A DNA stretch of 64,000 bases, taken from assembly GCA_963823555.1 (NCBI GenBank), contig CAWGMA010000002.1, positions 604,725 to 668,724 of the forward strand, written 5' to 3'. Below are positions 12,226 to 23,356 of the stretch, in pieces. The translations under genes and the position numbers were made by a program. This stretch comes from Candidatus Eiseniibacteriota bacterium (lineage in GTDB: Bacteria; Eisenbacteria; RBG-16-71-46; CAVPCR01). Each line of letters begins with the position of its first letter. Position 1 is the stretch's first letter. The notes under the pieces were generated by a model that was not told where the DNA came from, did not search any database, and saw nothing but the letters and a program-made list of their open reading frames with translations.

Positions 12226-14217
12226 ATGCCCCGGACCACCGCTCCATCTCCGCCCCGGCGCCGTCGCCAGGCCAAGCCCCCGGATGCCGTCACCGGTCGC
12301 GTGCGCGCGCATGATCCCTTCGAGCTCATACGCTGGCTGGCCCTGAGCCAGCCTGATCCGCGAAAGGCGCTCGCCGAGCTGGTGCAGAACAGCCTCGACG
12401 CGAACGCGCATCGCATCCGTGTGACGCGGCTCCGCGAGAAGGGTTGCACCTGCCTCCGCATCTTCGATGACGGCACGGGCGTGATCCCGGAGATGGATCG
12501 GACCGAGGCGCTCCGCTACATCGCGACTCACATCGGCCACAGCAGGAAGCGCGACCTCTCCCCGGAACAGCGCCTCCAGCTCATGACCCAGGGGCAGTAT
12601 GGCATCGGTCTCCTCGGGTTCTGGAGTCTGGGGCAGACGCTCGAGATGCGGACGAGCGTTCCGGGGCAGCGCGCGCATCGCCTCGTTCTCCACCGCGACC
12701 GCGCCGACTACCTGATCGAGCCCTTGCGCGGCCGGTTGCCACTCGATGAGCTGTGGACCGAGATCGTGATCGTGGACCTGCACCGCGGCGCGCTTGGAGC
12801 TCTGTCAGGCCGGCGAGCCGCCGACTACCTGGCAGCGGAGCTCCGCGGGCAACTCCTCGCCCGCGCGGTCGAGCTCCTCGTCGAGGACCGCCTGTCTCGT
12901 GGCAGAGCCCAGCGGCTCGTGCCGGTCAAGCCACCGCGGTTTCTTGGCGAGCAGCTCGAGGGGATCGGCCCGGTGGATGTACCGGGTCACCCGCCCGTGC
13001 GCTTCGAGATCTATCTGAGCGGCGAGGAAGCCGCTGCCGGTGCCGACGAACCGCGCGGACTCGCGGTCTATGCCGCGGGAACGCTCGTTGCCGAGAGCTT
13101 CCACGCGCTTGCCTCGCTCGGGCTCGACCGGCCACCGTGGAATGACACGCGACTCTCGGGCATGGTCGACTTTCCCGGCTTCCAGGTCGCGCCGGGAAGC
13201 CGGCGCGGGATCGTTATCGATGACGCCGCGGAGAACTTCTCCCGCGCTCTGCGCGTCGTCGAGCCGGTGCTCACGGAACTCCTCGCCGACATCGAGCGAC
13301 GGCGCGCCGACGAGTTCGATCGCTCGCTCATCCGCGACCTGCAACGCGCCTTCCGTGATTTCTATCGCCAGCGCCCGCGCTTCGCGTTGTTGCCCGTCGA
13401 TGGTGGACGCGATCGCGGCGCGGGTCCAGGTGGGAAGGAGACCACCGGGGGCGAGGGCGGTGACGGTCGCGGCGATGATCGTGGTCCGTCGCCGGGTGCC
13501 GACTCTCAAGAGCCATCCCAGGCGTCGGGCTCCCCCGAGCGGGAAGAGGATGTGTCGATCCCGCTCTCGACCGAGACCGCGCATCTCTTTCCGCCCGGTC
13601 CGCTCATCGCGGTGCGTATCGTCCCCGCGATCGTCCGCGTCGAGTGCGGCGGCGAGCGCCGCGTGCGCGCGATCGCCCTCGATGCCACCGAGCGCGTGAT
13701 CGTGGACGCAGTCGAGTTCCGATGGTCGGTCGACGGCCCGATCGGATTCCTGGTCCATGCCGAGGGTGATATCACCGGCGCCAGCATGCGCTTCCGCGCC
13801 GCGAGCGAGGCGGCGGAGGGCGCGCTCACGGCTGTCGCGAGCGCGGGTGGGCGGGAGGCGCACGCCGAGGCCCCGGTCGAGGTGCTGTTCGAGCTCCCGG
13901 GATCCGGTCGGACCGATGAGGGCATCCCGGAGCCGGAATTCGTGCATCAGCCCGGCGCGGGATGGCGATCGCGAATGCAGGGCGGCCAATGGCAGGTCAA
14001 CTCGGGTCATCGCGAGTACCGCGCCATCGCCGAGCAGCCAGCGCTCAAGCTGCGCTACCTGGCCATGCTCTTCGCGAAGGAAGTCGTGCTCCGTAGCCAC
14101 CAGGATCCCCGACTGGAGAAGCCGCTCGAACAGCTCATCGAGGTTGCGGCCTATGCCGATCGCAATCTCGCCGGGAAGCGCGGTGCGCGGCGGCGAGGCA
14201 AGATCGAGGAGGGATGA
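12226..14217 (+). CDS. GHKL (MORC/HSP90-like) ATP-binding protein
   Basis: Bergerat motifs ALAELVQNSLDA, DDGTG, GQYGIG; acidic/Gly linker, beta-rich domain, helical tail. Confidence 0.8.
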   Translation: MPRTTAPSPPRRRRQAKPPDAVTGRVRAHDPFELIRWLALSQPDPRKALAELVQNSLDANAHRIRVTRLREKGCTCLRIFDDGTGVIPEMDRTEALRYIATHIGHSRKRDLSPEQRLQLMTQGQYGIGLLGFWSLGQTLEMRTSVPGQRAHRLVLHRDRADYLIEPLRGRLPLDELWTEIVIVDLHRGALGALSGRRAADYLAAELRGQLLARAVELLVEDRLSRGRAQRLVPVKPPRFLGEQLEGIGPVDVPGHPPVRFEIYLSGEEAAAGADEPRGLAVYAAGTLVAESFHALASLGLDRPPWNDTRLSGMVDFPGFQVAPGSRRGIVIDDAAENFSRALRVVEPVLTELLADIERRRADEFDRSLIRDLQRAFRDFYRQRPRFALLPVDGGRDRGAGPGGKETTGGEGGDGRGDDRGPSPGADSQEPSQASGSPEREEDVSIPLSTETAHLFPPGPLIAVRIVPAIVRVECGGERRVRAIALDATERVIVDAVEFRWSVDGPIGFLVHAEGDITGASMRFRAASEAAEGALTAVASAGGREAHAEAPVEVLFELPGSGRTDEGIPEPEFVHQPGAGWRSRMQGGQWQVNSGHREYRAIAEQPALKLRYLAMLFAKEVVLRSHQDPRLEKPLEQLIEVAAYADRNLAGKRGARRRGKIEEG

Positions 14218-14912
14218 GTGCTCCGGTCTTGGGAGCCGAGCGCGCGGCCAGGGTGCTGCTACCATGGGTGGTCGTCTCGCTGCTTGGAGGTATCGCGATG
14301 CCCCAGACCAGGACGGACCCCGTTTCCCTGCCGGCGCCCGATCGCACCGGGCGCATGAGCCTCGACTCGGCGCTCGCGGCGCGCCGCTCGGTGCGCGAGT
14401 TCAAGCCGACTCCGCTCACGCTCGCCGAGGCGGGCCAGCTCCTGTGGGCCGCCCAGGGTGTGACCTCGCCCGATGGCGGGCGCACGGCGCCCTCGGCGGG
14501 CGCGCTCTATCCGCTCGAGATTCATCTCGTCGCGGGAAACGTCGAAGGTCTGGCTCCCGGCGTCTACCGCTACGATCCGAAGCGGCACCAGCTCATCCCG
14601 GTCGCCGATGGCGACCGGCGCCGGAAGCTGGCTGACGCCGCGCTCGACCAGGACTGGATGGTGGAGGCGCCGGCCTTGATCGCCATCAACGCCATCTACT
14701 CGCGCACCTCGCGCAAGTACGGTGAGCGGGCGGAGCGCTACGTGCACATGGAGGTGGGGCACGTCGTCGAGAACATCTACCTCGAGGCCACCGCGCTCGG
14801 GCTCGGCACCTGCATGGTCGGAGCCTTCGATGACGATGCGGTGCGGAAGGTCCTCGACGTTCCCGACAGCGAGGCGCCGCTCGGCTTGATGCCGGTCGGG
14901 CGCCCGCGCTAG
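14214..14912 (+). CDS. SagB/ThcOx-type nitroreductase
   Basis: RRSVREF, QLLWAAQG, RTAPSAGALYPLE, EVGHVVENIYL, VGAFDD. Confidence 0.9.
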   Translation: MSAPVLGAERAARVLLPWVVVSLLGGIAMPQTRTDPVSLPAPDRTGRMSLDSALAARRSVREFKPTPLTLAEAGQLLWAAQGVTSPDGGRTAPSAGALYPLEIHLVAGNVEGLAPGVYRYDPKRHQLIPVADGDRRRKLADAALDQDWMVEAPALIAINAIYSRTSRKYGERAERYVHMEVGHVVENIYLEATALGLGTCMVGAFDDDAVRKVLDVPDSEAPLGLMPVGRPR

Positions 14913-14936
14913 CTCGCCGCACTCGCTGGCCGCCCG

Positions 14937-15188
14937 CTAGCCCGGTGCCTGGTCGAGGAGTGACGCCCGCGCCAGCACCGCCCGCGCCGTCGTGCTGAGA
15001 CCGCCGGCATCCAGCGTGCGCTCCAGGACTCGGCTCGCCATCTGCCGGCTGAAGAGCTCGTCCCGCTCCGCCGGCGCCAGATCGAAGAAGGTTGCCGATG
15101 GGCGGATGCCGCCCGTCGACGGATCCCGCTCGCGGAAGGCGCTGGCTGCGATCTCGATGAGGACATCCATCTCTTCACGCGGGTTCAT
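14937..15188 (-). CDS. Small hypothetical protein (83 aa) coupled to the ECF sigma gene
   Basis: MNPREEMDVLIEIAASAFRERD...; ATGA overlap with the sigma stop and a GGAGG RBS. Confidence 0.65.
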   Translation of the reverse strand: MNPREEMDVLIEIAASAFRERDPSTGGIRPSATFFDLAPAERDELFSRQMASRVLERTLDAGGLSTTARAVLARASLLDQAPG

Positions 15189-15811
15189 GGCATTGCCTCC
15201 ACCAACGCGACCCCGGCCCGCTCGAGGCACTCCGCCATGAGCCGGCGTGCCCTCACGATGTTCTGGAGAAAAGTGTTGGTCTTCATCTTGACGGTGGTGG
15301 CCAGGGCGCGGTCAGGAGAGCGACCGGCATCCTGGATGCGGGCGTTGAGCGCGGCACGCGGCCGCTCCGGCAACCGGTCGATGCAGCCGAGGATGAGTCG
15401 GCGCAGGTTCGGGTCGGCGGGCGGATCGGGATCCGTCTGCGCTTCGGGCAGTCGCTCGAGCGACTCGAGATCGAGGGGTGTGGTCCGGCCGAGTCGTCTC
15501 ACCTCGCCGAGGGCGAGGTTGCGCGTGATCCGGATGGCATAGCGGAGCGACGCGTTCCGCCCGCTCAGGTCGAGCGTCGGAGCGAGGACCCACATGCGGA
15601 GGAGTCCCTCCTGCAGCACGGCCTCGATATCCACGTCGCGGGCGAAGGTCTCGAGGCTACGGCGCAGCGGGATCTCGGCCGAACGGAGCCAGTCGGCGAA
15701 CGCTTCCGGGTCGCCGCCGCGCACGCGCGCGAAGGCGCGATCGAGATCGCTATCGACCTCGATCGCCTTCGTCTCCCGCGGTTCCGGATGGCCGTCGGGC
15801 GGAGCAGACAT
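15185..15811 (-). CDS. ECF-type RNA polymerase sigma factor
   Basis: GDPEAF..W, EAVLQEGLLRMW, RITRNLALGEVRR (region 2); CIDRLPERPR..L, RARRLMAECL (region 4). Only a frameshift fuses it to the upstream ORF in the track. Confidence 0.75.
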   Translation of the reverse strand: MSAPPDGHPEPRETKAIEVDSDLDRAFARVRGGDPEAFADWLRSAEIPLRRSLETFARDVDIEAVLQEGLLRMWVLAPTLDLSGRNASLRYAIRITRNLALGEVRRLGRTTPLDLESLERLPEAQTDPDPPADPNLRRLILGCIDRLPERPRAALNARIQDAGRSPDRALATTVKMKTNTFLQNIVRARRLMAECLERAGVALVEAMP

Positions 15812-15813
15812 CT

Positions 15814-18178
15814 CTAGCCTCCAGGCACCATCTCCACCTCGAGACGGAACGTGAGGCCGTCTCGCTCCCAATCCACACTCCGAGGCGCCTCTGGCCAGGG
15901 CATGTGGTCCTTCGTCCGGAACGCAAGCCGGAGCGTGAGTCCAGCGGCGTGCTTCCCGCCGCTGGTGCTGAGCTTCTGATCCACCCTGGCCTCCGCCGTT
16001 CCTCCGCCGGCGAGCCGCACATGGATGGGGGTGCGTCTCTTGGGCATCTTGAAGACCGTGGTCGGCGACTCGAACTCGATCACGAGGAGATCCCCCTCGA
16101 TGCGGATGCAGCGCGCGGGAATCCTCGGCACGTCTCGCAGATGGAAGAACGACGGCCCGGCATGCATCTCGGGGCCGGCATCCATCTCGGCCCCGAATCT
16201 CCACCCTCCCTTGGCGGTCCTCAGGTAGGACGCCGTGCCGGCGGCCACTCCCGGATGGACACCCGCCCCGCGCATGGCCATGAGCCCGGCGCCCTCGGCA
16301 CTCACCCCGTAAGGCAGCTCGACTGCCAGTCGCACCCGGCGCCGCGGATCGCGGGGATCGACGGTCGGGTCCTCGGCGACGGCGACGAGGCTCGTGCGGC
16401 GGCTCGCGATGCGGTGCCGGAGCCCTAGCGCCTCGATCTGCCCGAGCGATTCCTGGCACCTGCGCGCGGCCATGCTGGCCAGCCGCGGCGAGCCGCATCT
16501 CCTCGTCCTCGATCGCCTCGCGGCCGTAGAGCGCCCCGATGGGAATCTGCGTTGATCCGTCAAGATCGGCGCCATCCCCCGCGGGGACGGTCCACCGCTG
16601 CTCCCAGGTCCGGGTTTCCCCGGTCCGGTGCCCGCTGAGCACGAGCTCACCGCCACGCGGGTCGAAGGCCAACGCCATCCGCAGCGGCTCGCCGGCGAGC
16701 ACGTCCCGCGCCCGCGCGGGCGCCTGGCCGATGAGCGCCGAGCCCGAGATCTCGAGATCGGTGAGGATGGGCGCCACGGTCGCGGCGAGGAGGCGCGAGG
16801 TTGCGCGGTCCAGATCGTACCTGCCGGCGACCAGGAGTTCGATACCGCGTCCAGCCCGTGCCGCCGCCCGCGTGAGCGAACGGTTGGGAGAGTGCCCGAT
16901 CCCGACCGTGTGGAGACGCGCGCCCGCCGGGAGATCCTGGAGCACGTGGGCCACGACCTCGTTCTCGAATCCGATGTAACCGTCGGAGAGGAGCACGACC
17001 TGGCGCAGCGAATCCGAGCGCAATGGCGAGAGCGCACGGCGAATCGCGTCCGCCATCTCGGTGCCACCGCGGGCCTGCAGGGCAGCGAGCTTCTCGATCG
17101 CTCGCGCGATGTTCTCGCCGCTGGCCGCCACGGGCCCGCCCACCAGCGTGGTGGTATCCCTGGCGAAGGCCAGGATCTCGAAGCGATCATCGGGTGTGAG
17201 GCTTTGCAGGAGCCGGCTCGCCACCGCCTTGGCTGCCGCCAGGGGCTTTCCGCTCATCGATCCGCTGGCGTCGATGAGGATCGTGAGGTCGCGCGCGAAC
17301 GCCGGCGCGGAGATGGGTGGAGTGATGGTGAGGAGTCCGTAGCGACCGCCATCGCCGGATAGTCCGGGGCCCATCACCAGTCGCGCCTCGAGCGTGCTCG
17401 ATCCCGCCTGCCAGGTGATGACCACGTCGCGATCCAGACGGGCCGGTTGCTCGAGGCGGACCACGGCTCCCTTGCGTGGCGGAGCGGCGCCCGCCCCTCC
17501 GCTGCCATCGCCAGCATCGGCCACGATGATGTCATGGCTCGACGATTGCGGCGCGAGTGTCCCGCCATCGCCGTCGGCGATCGCCAGCTCGAGCGAGAGC
17601 CGCGCCGGGGTGCCGCTGGCATCCGCGCGCTCGGCGGCGAGCCGATCGGCGTCGGGGACGCGGCCCGCCGCGCCCTCGTAGCGCACCCCGACGACGGTGG
17701 GGAATCGGTACTCCCACTCCGCGCGGGAGGTTTCGAGAGCCGGATGGAAGCCCAGGGGATGGAGGACGTCGATCTCGACCCGGACCTCGGCGCCCGGCGG
17801 CAGGCTACCGAGCTGTTGCGTGAAGGTGTCGGCGCGCTCCTGGGTGAGGAGGCCGGCGATGCGACCTTCCGCCAGCGCGTGCTGATAGGTTTTCTGCGCA
17901 TCCTCGCAAGTTTCGACGTGGCCGCGGATGATCTTGTCGCCGCAGTGGATCGTGTAGCCGATGACCGCGCCGTCGGCGGGGAGCGGGAGCGTGTAGAGCA
18001 CCTCGAGTGGCTCGGCGTGGGGGTTCGTGTAGTGCTGCTCGAAGGTGGTCCGGGCGAGGCCGGCCGCCGCATGGGCGCGGATCGCCGCCCCCGCGAGCGG
18101 GAAGGTGCGCCCGTCCACGGCGACAAGGCCGGTGGGGGCGGGTGGGGCGGGTCTGGGTTCGAGTCCGGTCGCTGGCAT
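15814..18178 (-). CDS. VIT + vWA domain protein (inter-alpha-trypsin-inhibitor-like), frameshifted near 16460
   Basis: VIT: YTNP..EPLEVLYTLPLP.DGAV, GLLTQERADTF. MIDAS: ILIDASGSM, GGTE, LLSDG. The C-terminus (LGLRHRIASRRTSLVAV) lies in ORF 15814..17190. Confidence 0.85.
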
Positions 18179-18376
18179 GGCTCGCTCCTTGTGGAGGGAC
18201 TGGGTCGGCCCCGCCTCGGATTCCTGAGCCCGGCCCGGGCTCGAGCACCCGGCGGCCGGCGGGGCCTCTCATCGGTTCAATGCCGCGACCGCCCCGCTGG
18301 TGACAGGGAATCTGGTGGAATCCAGGCCCCTCTCGCGGGCCCGGACCAGCGCGCTTCCGGACCCTCAAGTGTGAAT

Positions 18377-18394
18377 CTGTCAAATCTCTGTCAC
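18377..18394 (+). promoter_or_regulatory. Pho-box-like OmpR/PhoB-family direct repeat
   Basis: CTGTCAA-ATCT-CTGTCAC (7-4-7, 11-bp period) in the divergent intergenic region. Confidence 0.45.
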
Positions 18395-18551
18395 AACTCG
18401 CAACCTCGCCGCATCGGCCCCGATCCCACAATATAGGTCCCGGGAGGCGTGCTATGCTGCGTCCCTCCCTGTCTCAATCTCCCCTCACAGGCTGGCGGGC
18501 CTCCCGCTTCCCCCGGCCCTGACGAACTTCGTTGCGAGGATCTGGACGAGT

Positions 18552-20171
18552 ATGACCTTCATTCGCCGCGGTGGCCTCGGCGCCCTGCTCGCCGTTGTTG
18601 CCGTTTCCGGAGTGGCCCTGGCGCAGTCGCCTCCCCCGTCCACCTCAGGTCGCGTCCGTCCGGGCATCATCTCCAATCCCGATAGCGCCCTCGCCATGGC
18701 CCTCGCCGAGATCGAGGGAGATGATCTGGCGCTCGATGACGCGGTGGCGAGAGGACTTGCCCAGTCCACGATCGCCCGCGAGGCGGAGGCCGATCTGAGC
18801 GCCGCCCGCGGCGCCGTGCGGCGCGAGAAGGGTGCCTTCGATCCCGAGCTCTTTGCCGGGTCGGAGTGGCGAGGGGATGAGATTCCCGCTGCCACGCCCT
18901 TCGCCGGCGCCGAGGTGCTCGAGACCGAGGACTCGAGGATCGAGGGAGGAGCCCGCATCCAGCTCCCGTTCGGCACCGAGGTCGAGGCCTCGCTTGAGAG
19001 CGCACGACTCAGCACGAACTCCATCTTCGCGGCGCTCAATCCGCAGTACGACGCTGCGGGCAAGCTCGCCGTGCGCCAGCCCCTGCTCAAGGGTTTCGGC
19101 CCCTCGACGCGCAGCGAGCTCTCGGCCGCCGAGCGCGAGCTCGAGGCGGCGACAGCCCGGTACGATGATGCCACCCTCGCGGTCCGAACCGACGTCGAGA
19201 AGAACTACTGGGATCTCTACGCCGCGGCGCGAGATCTTGCGGTGCAGCGGCTCATCCGCGACGGCGCTGCCGCGCTCGTCCAGCAGGCCGAGCTGCGCGC
19301 CGGGGTCGGGCTCGTCGGACCTGGTGACGTGGCCAACGCTCGAGTGTTCCTTGCCGAGCAGGAGCAGGTCGTGATCGACCGCGAGGAAGCGCTCGATGCC
19401 GTGTCCGACAACCTTGCCTCGCTCATCGGCCAGCGTCCGGTGTTGCCGTCCCTGCGTTACCGGCCGACGGCGGAACCGCCACGCGATTTCCCGGTCGAAT
19501 CCCCGGATTCGCTCGTCAGCTGGGCGGTGACCCGGAACCGGGCGCTCCAGGCCGGGGAGCGGCGGGTGGAGGCGGTCCAGGCCCTGGCCGATGGCGCCAA
19601 ATGGGATGCCCTGCCCACGCTCGACGTCTTCGGATCGCTCGGCGGCGTCGGTCTCGCCGGTGATCAGAGGGATGTGATCTTCGGTGGCGACACCCTGCGG
19701 ACATCGATCTATGGCGATCGCGGTGACGCCACCAGCGACGCCCTGGCTCGCGATTTCCCCAACTGGTCCGCAGGAATCCGTGTCGAGTTCCCGCTCGGGC
19801 TGCGCGAGGGGCGGGGCGAGCGCGATCGCTTGCGGGCCGAGGTCGCCCGGGCCCGGGAGCAGGTGCGCGCCCAGGAGTATGCTCTCGAGCAGCAGGTTCG
19901 CGTCGCGCATCGCGAGCTCGCCAACTCGACGCGGCGCCTGGAGGCGGCGACCCGCGGGGTCGAGGCATCGCGCGAGCAGGTGCGCATCGGCAATCTCGAG
20001 TATCAGGCCGGTCGCTCGACCGCCTTCGAGCTGGTGCGACTGGCGGCCGACCTGGCCTCGGCCGAGCAGCGCTATTCCCAGGCCCTCGTTCGTACCGCCA
20101 AGGCGGCGGCGGAACTCAGGCGTCTAACCGCCGGCGTGTACCCGACGGGCACGGCGACCCCATCGCCATGA
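18552..20171 (+). CDS. TolC-family outer membrane efflux protein
   Basis: Signal peptide, QPLLKGFG, YWDLY, two helical repeats, EYQAGRSTAFEL. Confidence 0.88.
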   Translation: MTFIRRGGLGALLAVVAVSGVALAQSPPPSTSGRVRPGIISNPDSALAMALAEIEGDDLALDDAVARGLAQSTIAREAEADLSAARGAVRREKGAFDPELFAGSEWRGDEIPAATPFAGAEVLETEDSRIEGGARIQLPFGTEVEASLESARLSTNSIFAALNPQYDAAGKLAVRQPLLKGFGPSTRSELSAAERELEAATARYDDATLAVRTDVEKNYWDLYAAARDLAVQRLIRDGAAALVQQAELRAGVGLVGPGDVANARVFLAEQEQVVIDREEALDAVSDNLASLIGQRPVLPSLRYRPTAEPPRDFPVESPDSLVSWAVTRNRALQAGERRVEAVQALADGAKWDALPTLDVFGSLGGVGLAGDQRDVIFGGDTLRTSIYGDRGDATSDALARDFPNWSAGIRVEFPLGLREGRGERDRLRAEVARAREQVRAQEYALEQQVRVAHRELANSTRRLEAATRGVEASREQVRIGNLEYQAGRSTAFELVRLAADLASAEQRYSQALVRTAKAAAELRRLTAGVYPTGTATPSP

Positions 20172-21349
20172 CGGAAGCAATTGACATGATGAATCGGGTT
20201 CCCATGAAGGCTCCCACCCCTATCGCCACACCCCTGTTGCTCGCCCTCGGCGTGTGCCTCGCCGCCGCCGCCGGCTGCCAGCGCGGCGGTCCGGGTGGTG
20301 GTCCGGGCGGCTTCGCGCCGCCCCCGATGCCGGTCGAGGTGGCGCCTGTCGTACAGGCTCCGGTGCTCGATCGGTTCGAGGCCGTCGGCACCATCGAGGC
20401 GGGGGAGGCGATCACGGTGGTCGCCGAGATCCCCGGCCTGCTCGTGAGCTTGCCTTTCCGCGAGGGGCAGAGCGTGAGCCGGGGCGATCTGATCGCCAAG
20501 CTCGACGATGAACAGCTGGCGGCCGAGGTGGCGCGTGCCGAGGCGCTCCGCGATCAGCAGCGGATCATCTACGATCGCGTGAAGGAGATCGTCGACCAGA
20601 ACGCCGGCGCGCCTCAGGATCTCGACAATGCCGCGGCGGAGCTCAAGGTGGCGGATGCCAACCTCGCGCTGGCCCGCGCCCGCTTCGCCAAGACCCGCAT
20701 CACCGCACCCTGGGACGGCAGGATCGGCGCGCGGCAGGTAAGCCCGGGGGCGTTTCTCCGCCCCGGCGATCCGATCACCGAGATGGCTGCCATCCACGAG
20801 ATCAAGGTTACCTTTGCGGCGCCCGAGCGCTACATGTCGCTGCTCAAGCGCGGCGCGCGGGTGACGGTGACGACGCCGGCCTACCCCGGAGTCGAGCTCA
20901 CGGGCGTGATCGATGTCGTCGATCCGGTCCTGGATCCCGTGCTCAGGAGTGCGAAGATCATCGCGCGCGTCAAGAACTCCGGCGATCGCTTCCGGCCCGG
21001 GATGTCGGCCAATGTGTCGGCCGTGCTGAGCGAGCGTGCGAACGCGCTCACCATCCCCAACGAGGCGGTGTTCGCCGAGGGCAATCAGACCTTCGTCTTC
21101 GTGGTCAAGCCCGACTCGACGGTGACGCGGACCGCCCTCGAGCTGGGGACGCGGTTGCCGGCCGTGGTCGAGGTGGTCGAGGGGCTCGAGCCCGGAATGA
21201 AGGTGGTGCGCGCGGGGCACCAGAAGCTCTTCGAGGGGGCGCGGGTGATGCCGGTCACGAGCCAGCCTGGTGGTCCGGCCTCCGGTGCTCCCGGCGGTCC
21301 TGGCGCCTCCGAGACAGCGGGTGACTCAGCCCAGGCGGAGAAGCCATGA
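20168..21349 (+). CDS. RND efflux periplasmic adaptor (MFP), lipoprotein
   Basis: Lipobox AAAGC, lipoyl-type [36 protein letters not shown]. Confidence 0.9.
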   Translation: MTEAIDMMNRVPMKAPTPIATPLLLALGVCLAAAAGCQRGGPGGGPGGFAPPPMPVEVAPVVQAPVLDRFEAVGTIEAGEAITVVAEIPGLLVSLPFREGQSVSRGDLIAKLDDEQLAAEVARAEALRDQQRIIYDRVKEIVDQNAGAPQDLDNAAAELKVADANLALARARFAKTRITAPWDGRIGARQVSPGAFLRPGDPITEMAAIHEIKVTFAAPERYMSLLKRGARVTVTTPAYPGVELTGVIDVVDPVLDPVLRSAKIIARVKNSGDRFRPGMSANVSAVLSERANALTIPNEAVFAEGNQTFVFVVKPDSTVTRTALELGTRLPAVVEVVEGLEPGMKVVRAGHQKLFEGARVMPVTSQPGGPASGAPGGPGASETAGDSAQAEKP

Positions 21350-23337
21350 CCATCACCGGACGGCCCATCCCCGCCGGGAGATCGACCTCGATGGGTGGAT
21401 CGCCCGCGCCCGAGGCGGAACCCATGGTCCATCACGACGTCACCCGACTGTCCGATCAGGATCTGTATCTCTTCAACGAGGGCACGCACGCCTACCTCTT
21501 CGATCACCTCGGCGCGCACTCGATGGAACGGGCGGGTGTGCGCGGCGTCTACTTCGCGGTGTGGGCTCCCAGCGCCGAACAGGTCTTCGTCTCCGGGGAC
21601 TTCAACGGCTGGAGCCGCGACCGCCATCCGCTCCATCCGCGCGGGAGCTCGGGCATCTGGGAGGGGTTCATCCCCGGCCTCGAGCACGGAGCTGTCTACA
21701 AGTATCACATCGCCTCGCGGCACAACGGATATCGCGTCGACAAGGCCGATCCCTTCGGGTTCCGGCACGAGGTGCCGCCGCGCACGGCCTCGATCGTCTG
21801 GAATCTCGATTACACCTGGAACGACGCCGAGTGGATGGCGTCACGGCGCGAGCGGAACGGACTCGATCGCCCGCTCTCGATCTACGAGGTGCACCTCGGT
21901 TCGTGGGCGCGGGTGCCCGAGGAGGGCAATCGCTCGCTCACCTATCGTGAGCTCGCGCCGGCGCTCGCCGACCACGTGCTGCGCATGGGGTTCACGCACG
22001 TCGAGTTCCTGCCGATCATGGAGCACCCGTTCTACGGGTCGTGGGGCTATCAGACGACCGGGTTCTTCGCGCCCACGAGCCGCTTCGGCACGCCGCAGGA
22101 TTTCATGTTCCTCGTCGATTATCTGCACCAGCGCAACATCGGCGTCATCCTCGATTGGGTCCCCTCGCATTTCCCGACCGACCAGCATGGTCTCGCGTAC
22201 TTCGACGGCACCCATCTCTTCGAGCATGCCGATCCGCGCCAGGGCTACCACCCGGACTGGGGCAGCTCCATCTTCAACTACGATCGCAACGAGGTGCCGA
22301 GCTTTCTCCTGTCGAGCGCATTCCTCTGGCTCGACCGCTACCACGTCGATGGTCTCCGCGTCGATGCCGTGGCCTCCATGCTCTACCTGGATTACTCGCG
22401 GCAGCAGGGGGAGTGGATCCCGAACCAGTTCGGCGGCCGCGAGAACCTGGGGGCGATCCGCTTCCTGCGCCGGCTCAACGAGGCGGCCTACGCCCGCTTC
22501 CCCGATGTGCAGATGATCGCCGAGGAGTCGACGGCGTGGCCCATGGTGTCCCGTCCGACCCATCTCGGCGGTCTCGGTTTCGGGCTCAAGTGGGACATGG
22601 GCTGGATGCACGACACCCTGTCCTACATGGGGCGCGATCCGATCTACCGGCGCCATCACCACAACAACCTCACCTTCCGCATGCTCTATGCGTTCCATGA
22701 GAACTTCATCCTGCCCCTCTCACACGACGAGGTGGTGCACGGTAAGGGCTCGCTCCTCGGCAAGATGCCGGGTGACGACTGGCAGAAGTTCGCGAACCTG
22801 CGGCTCCTCTACGGTTACATGTACGGGCAGGCGGCGAAGAAGCTCCTGTTCATGGGCGGTGAGATCGGGCAGTGGGGCGAGTGGAACCACGACCAGAGTC
22901 TCGACTGGCATGTTCTGGCCCACGAGCCCCACGCCGGCATCGCGCGCTGGGTGGCCGATCTCAACCGCGTCTACCGCCAGGAGCCGGCCCTCTACGATCT
23001 CGACTTCCATCCCGCGGGCTTCGAGTGGATCGACTGCAACGACACCGATCAGAGCGTGCTCTCCTTCATCCGTCGCGCCAAGCACTCGAGCGAGGTCATC
23101 CTGGTGGTGCTCAACCTGACCCCGGTGCCGCGTTTCCACTACCGGGTCGGCGTCCCCGGGGGCGGGACCTGGCTCGAAATCCTCAACTCCGACGCCCGCG
23201 AGTACTGGGGCAGCGGGCTCGGCAACGCCGGGCGCGTGGATGCCGGGCCCGCGGGGGCGCATGGCCGACCGTGGTCGCTCGACCTGACGCTGCCGCCGCT
23301 CTCGGCGCTCTTCTTCAAGGGACACATCTGGAGCTAG
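21346..23337 (+). CDS. glgB: 1,4-alpha-glucan branching enzyme
   Basis: [59 protein letters not shown]. The true start may be 21424. Confidence 0.97.
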   Translation: MTITGRPIPAGRSTSMGGSPAPEAEPMVHHDVTRLSDQDLYLFNEGTHAYLFDHLGAHSMERAGVRGVYFAVWAPSAEQVFVSGDFNGWSRDRHPLHPRGSSGIWEGFIPGLEHGAVYKYHIASRHNGYRVDKADPFGFRHEVPPRTASIVWNLDYTWNDAEWMASRRERNGLDRPLSIYEVHLGSWARVPEEGNRSLTYRELAPALADHVLRMGFTHVEFLPIMEHPFYGSWGYQTTGFFAPTSRFGTPQDFMFLVDYLHQRNIGVILDWVPSHFPTDQHGLAYFDGTHLFEHADPRQGYHPDWGSSIFNYDRNEVPSFLLSSAFLWLDRYHVDGLRVDAVASMLYLDYSRQQGEWIPNQFGGRENLGAIRFLRRLNEAAYARFPDVQMIAEESTAWPMVSRPTHLGGLGFGLKWDMGWMHDTLSYMGRDPIYRRHHHNNLTFRMLYAFHENFILPLSHDEVVHGKGSLLGKMPGDDWQKFANLRLLYGYMYGQAAKKLLFMGGEIGQWGEWNHDQSLDWHVLAHEPHAGIARWVADLNRVYRQEPALYDLDFHPAGFEWIDCNDTDQSVLSFIRRAKHSSEVILVVLNLTPVPRFHYRVGVPGGGTWLEILNSDAREYWGSGLGNAGRVDAGPAGAHGRPWSLDLTLPPLSALFFKGHIWS

Positions 23338-23356
23338 GCGAGGGAAAGATCACCCG

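Noticed and set aside
14214-14912. RiPP (azole) biosynthesis cluster
   Set aside because: Standalone SagB-type nitroreductase with no YcaO or precursor peptide nearby.
15185-18178. 997-aa VIT-vWA-sigma fusion protein
   Set aside because: The middle part is off-frame, low-complexity sequence. The vWA C-terminus is in another frame with its own stop at 15814, and the sigma gene has its own RBS and ATG.
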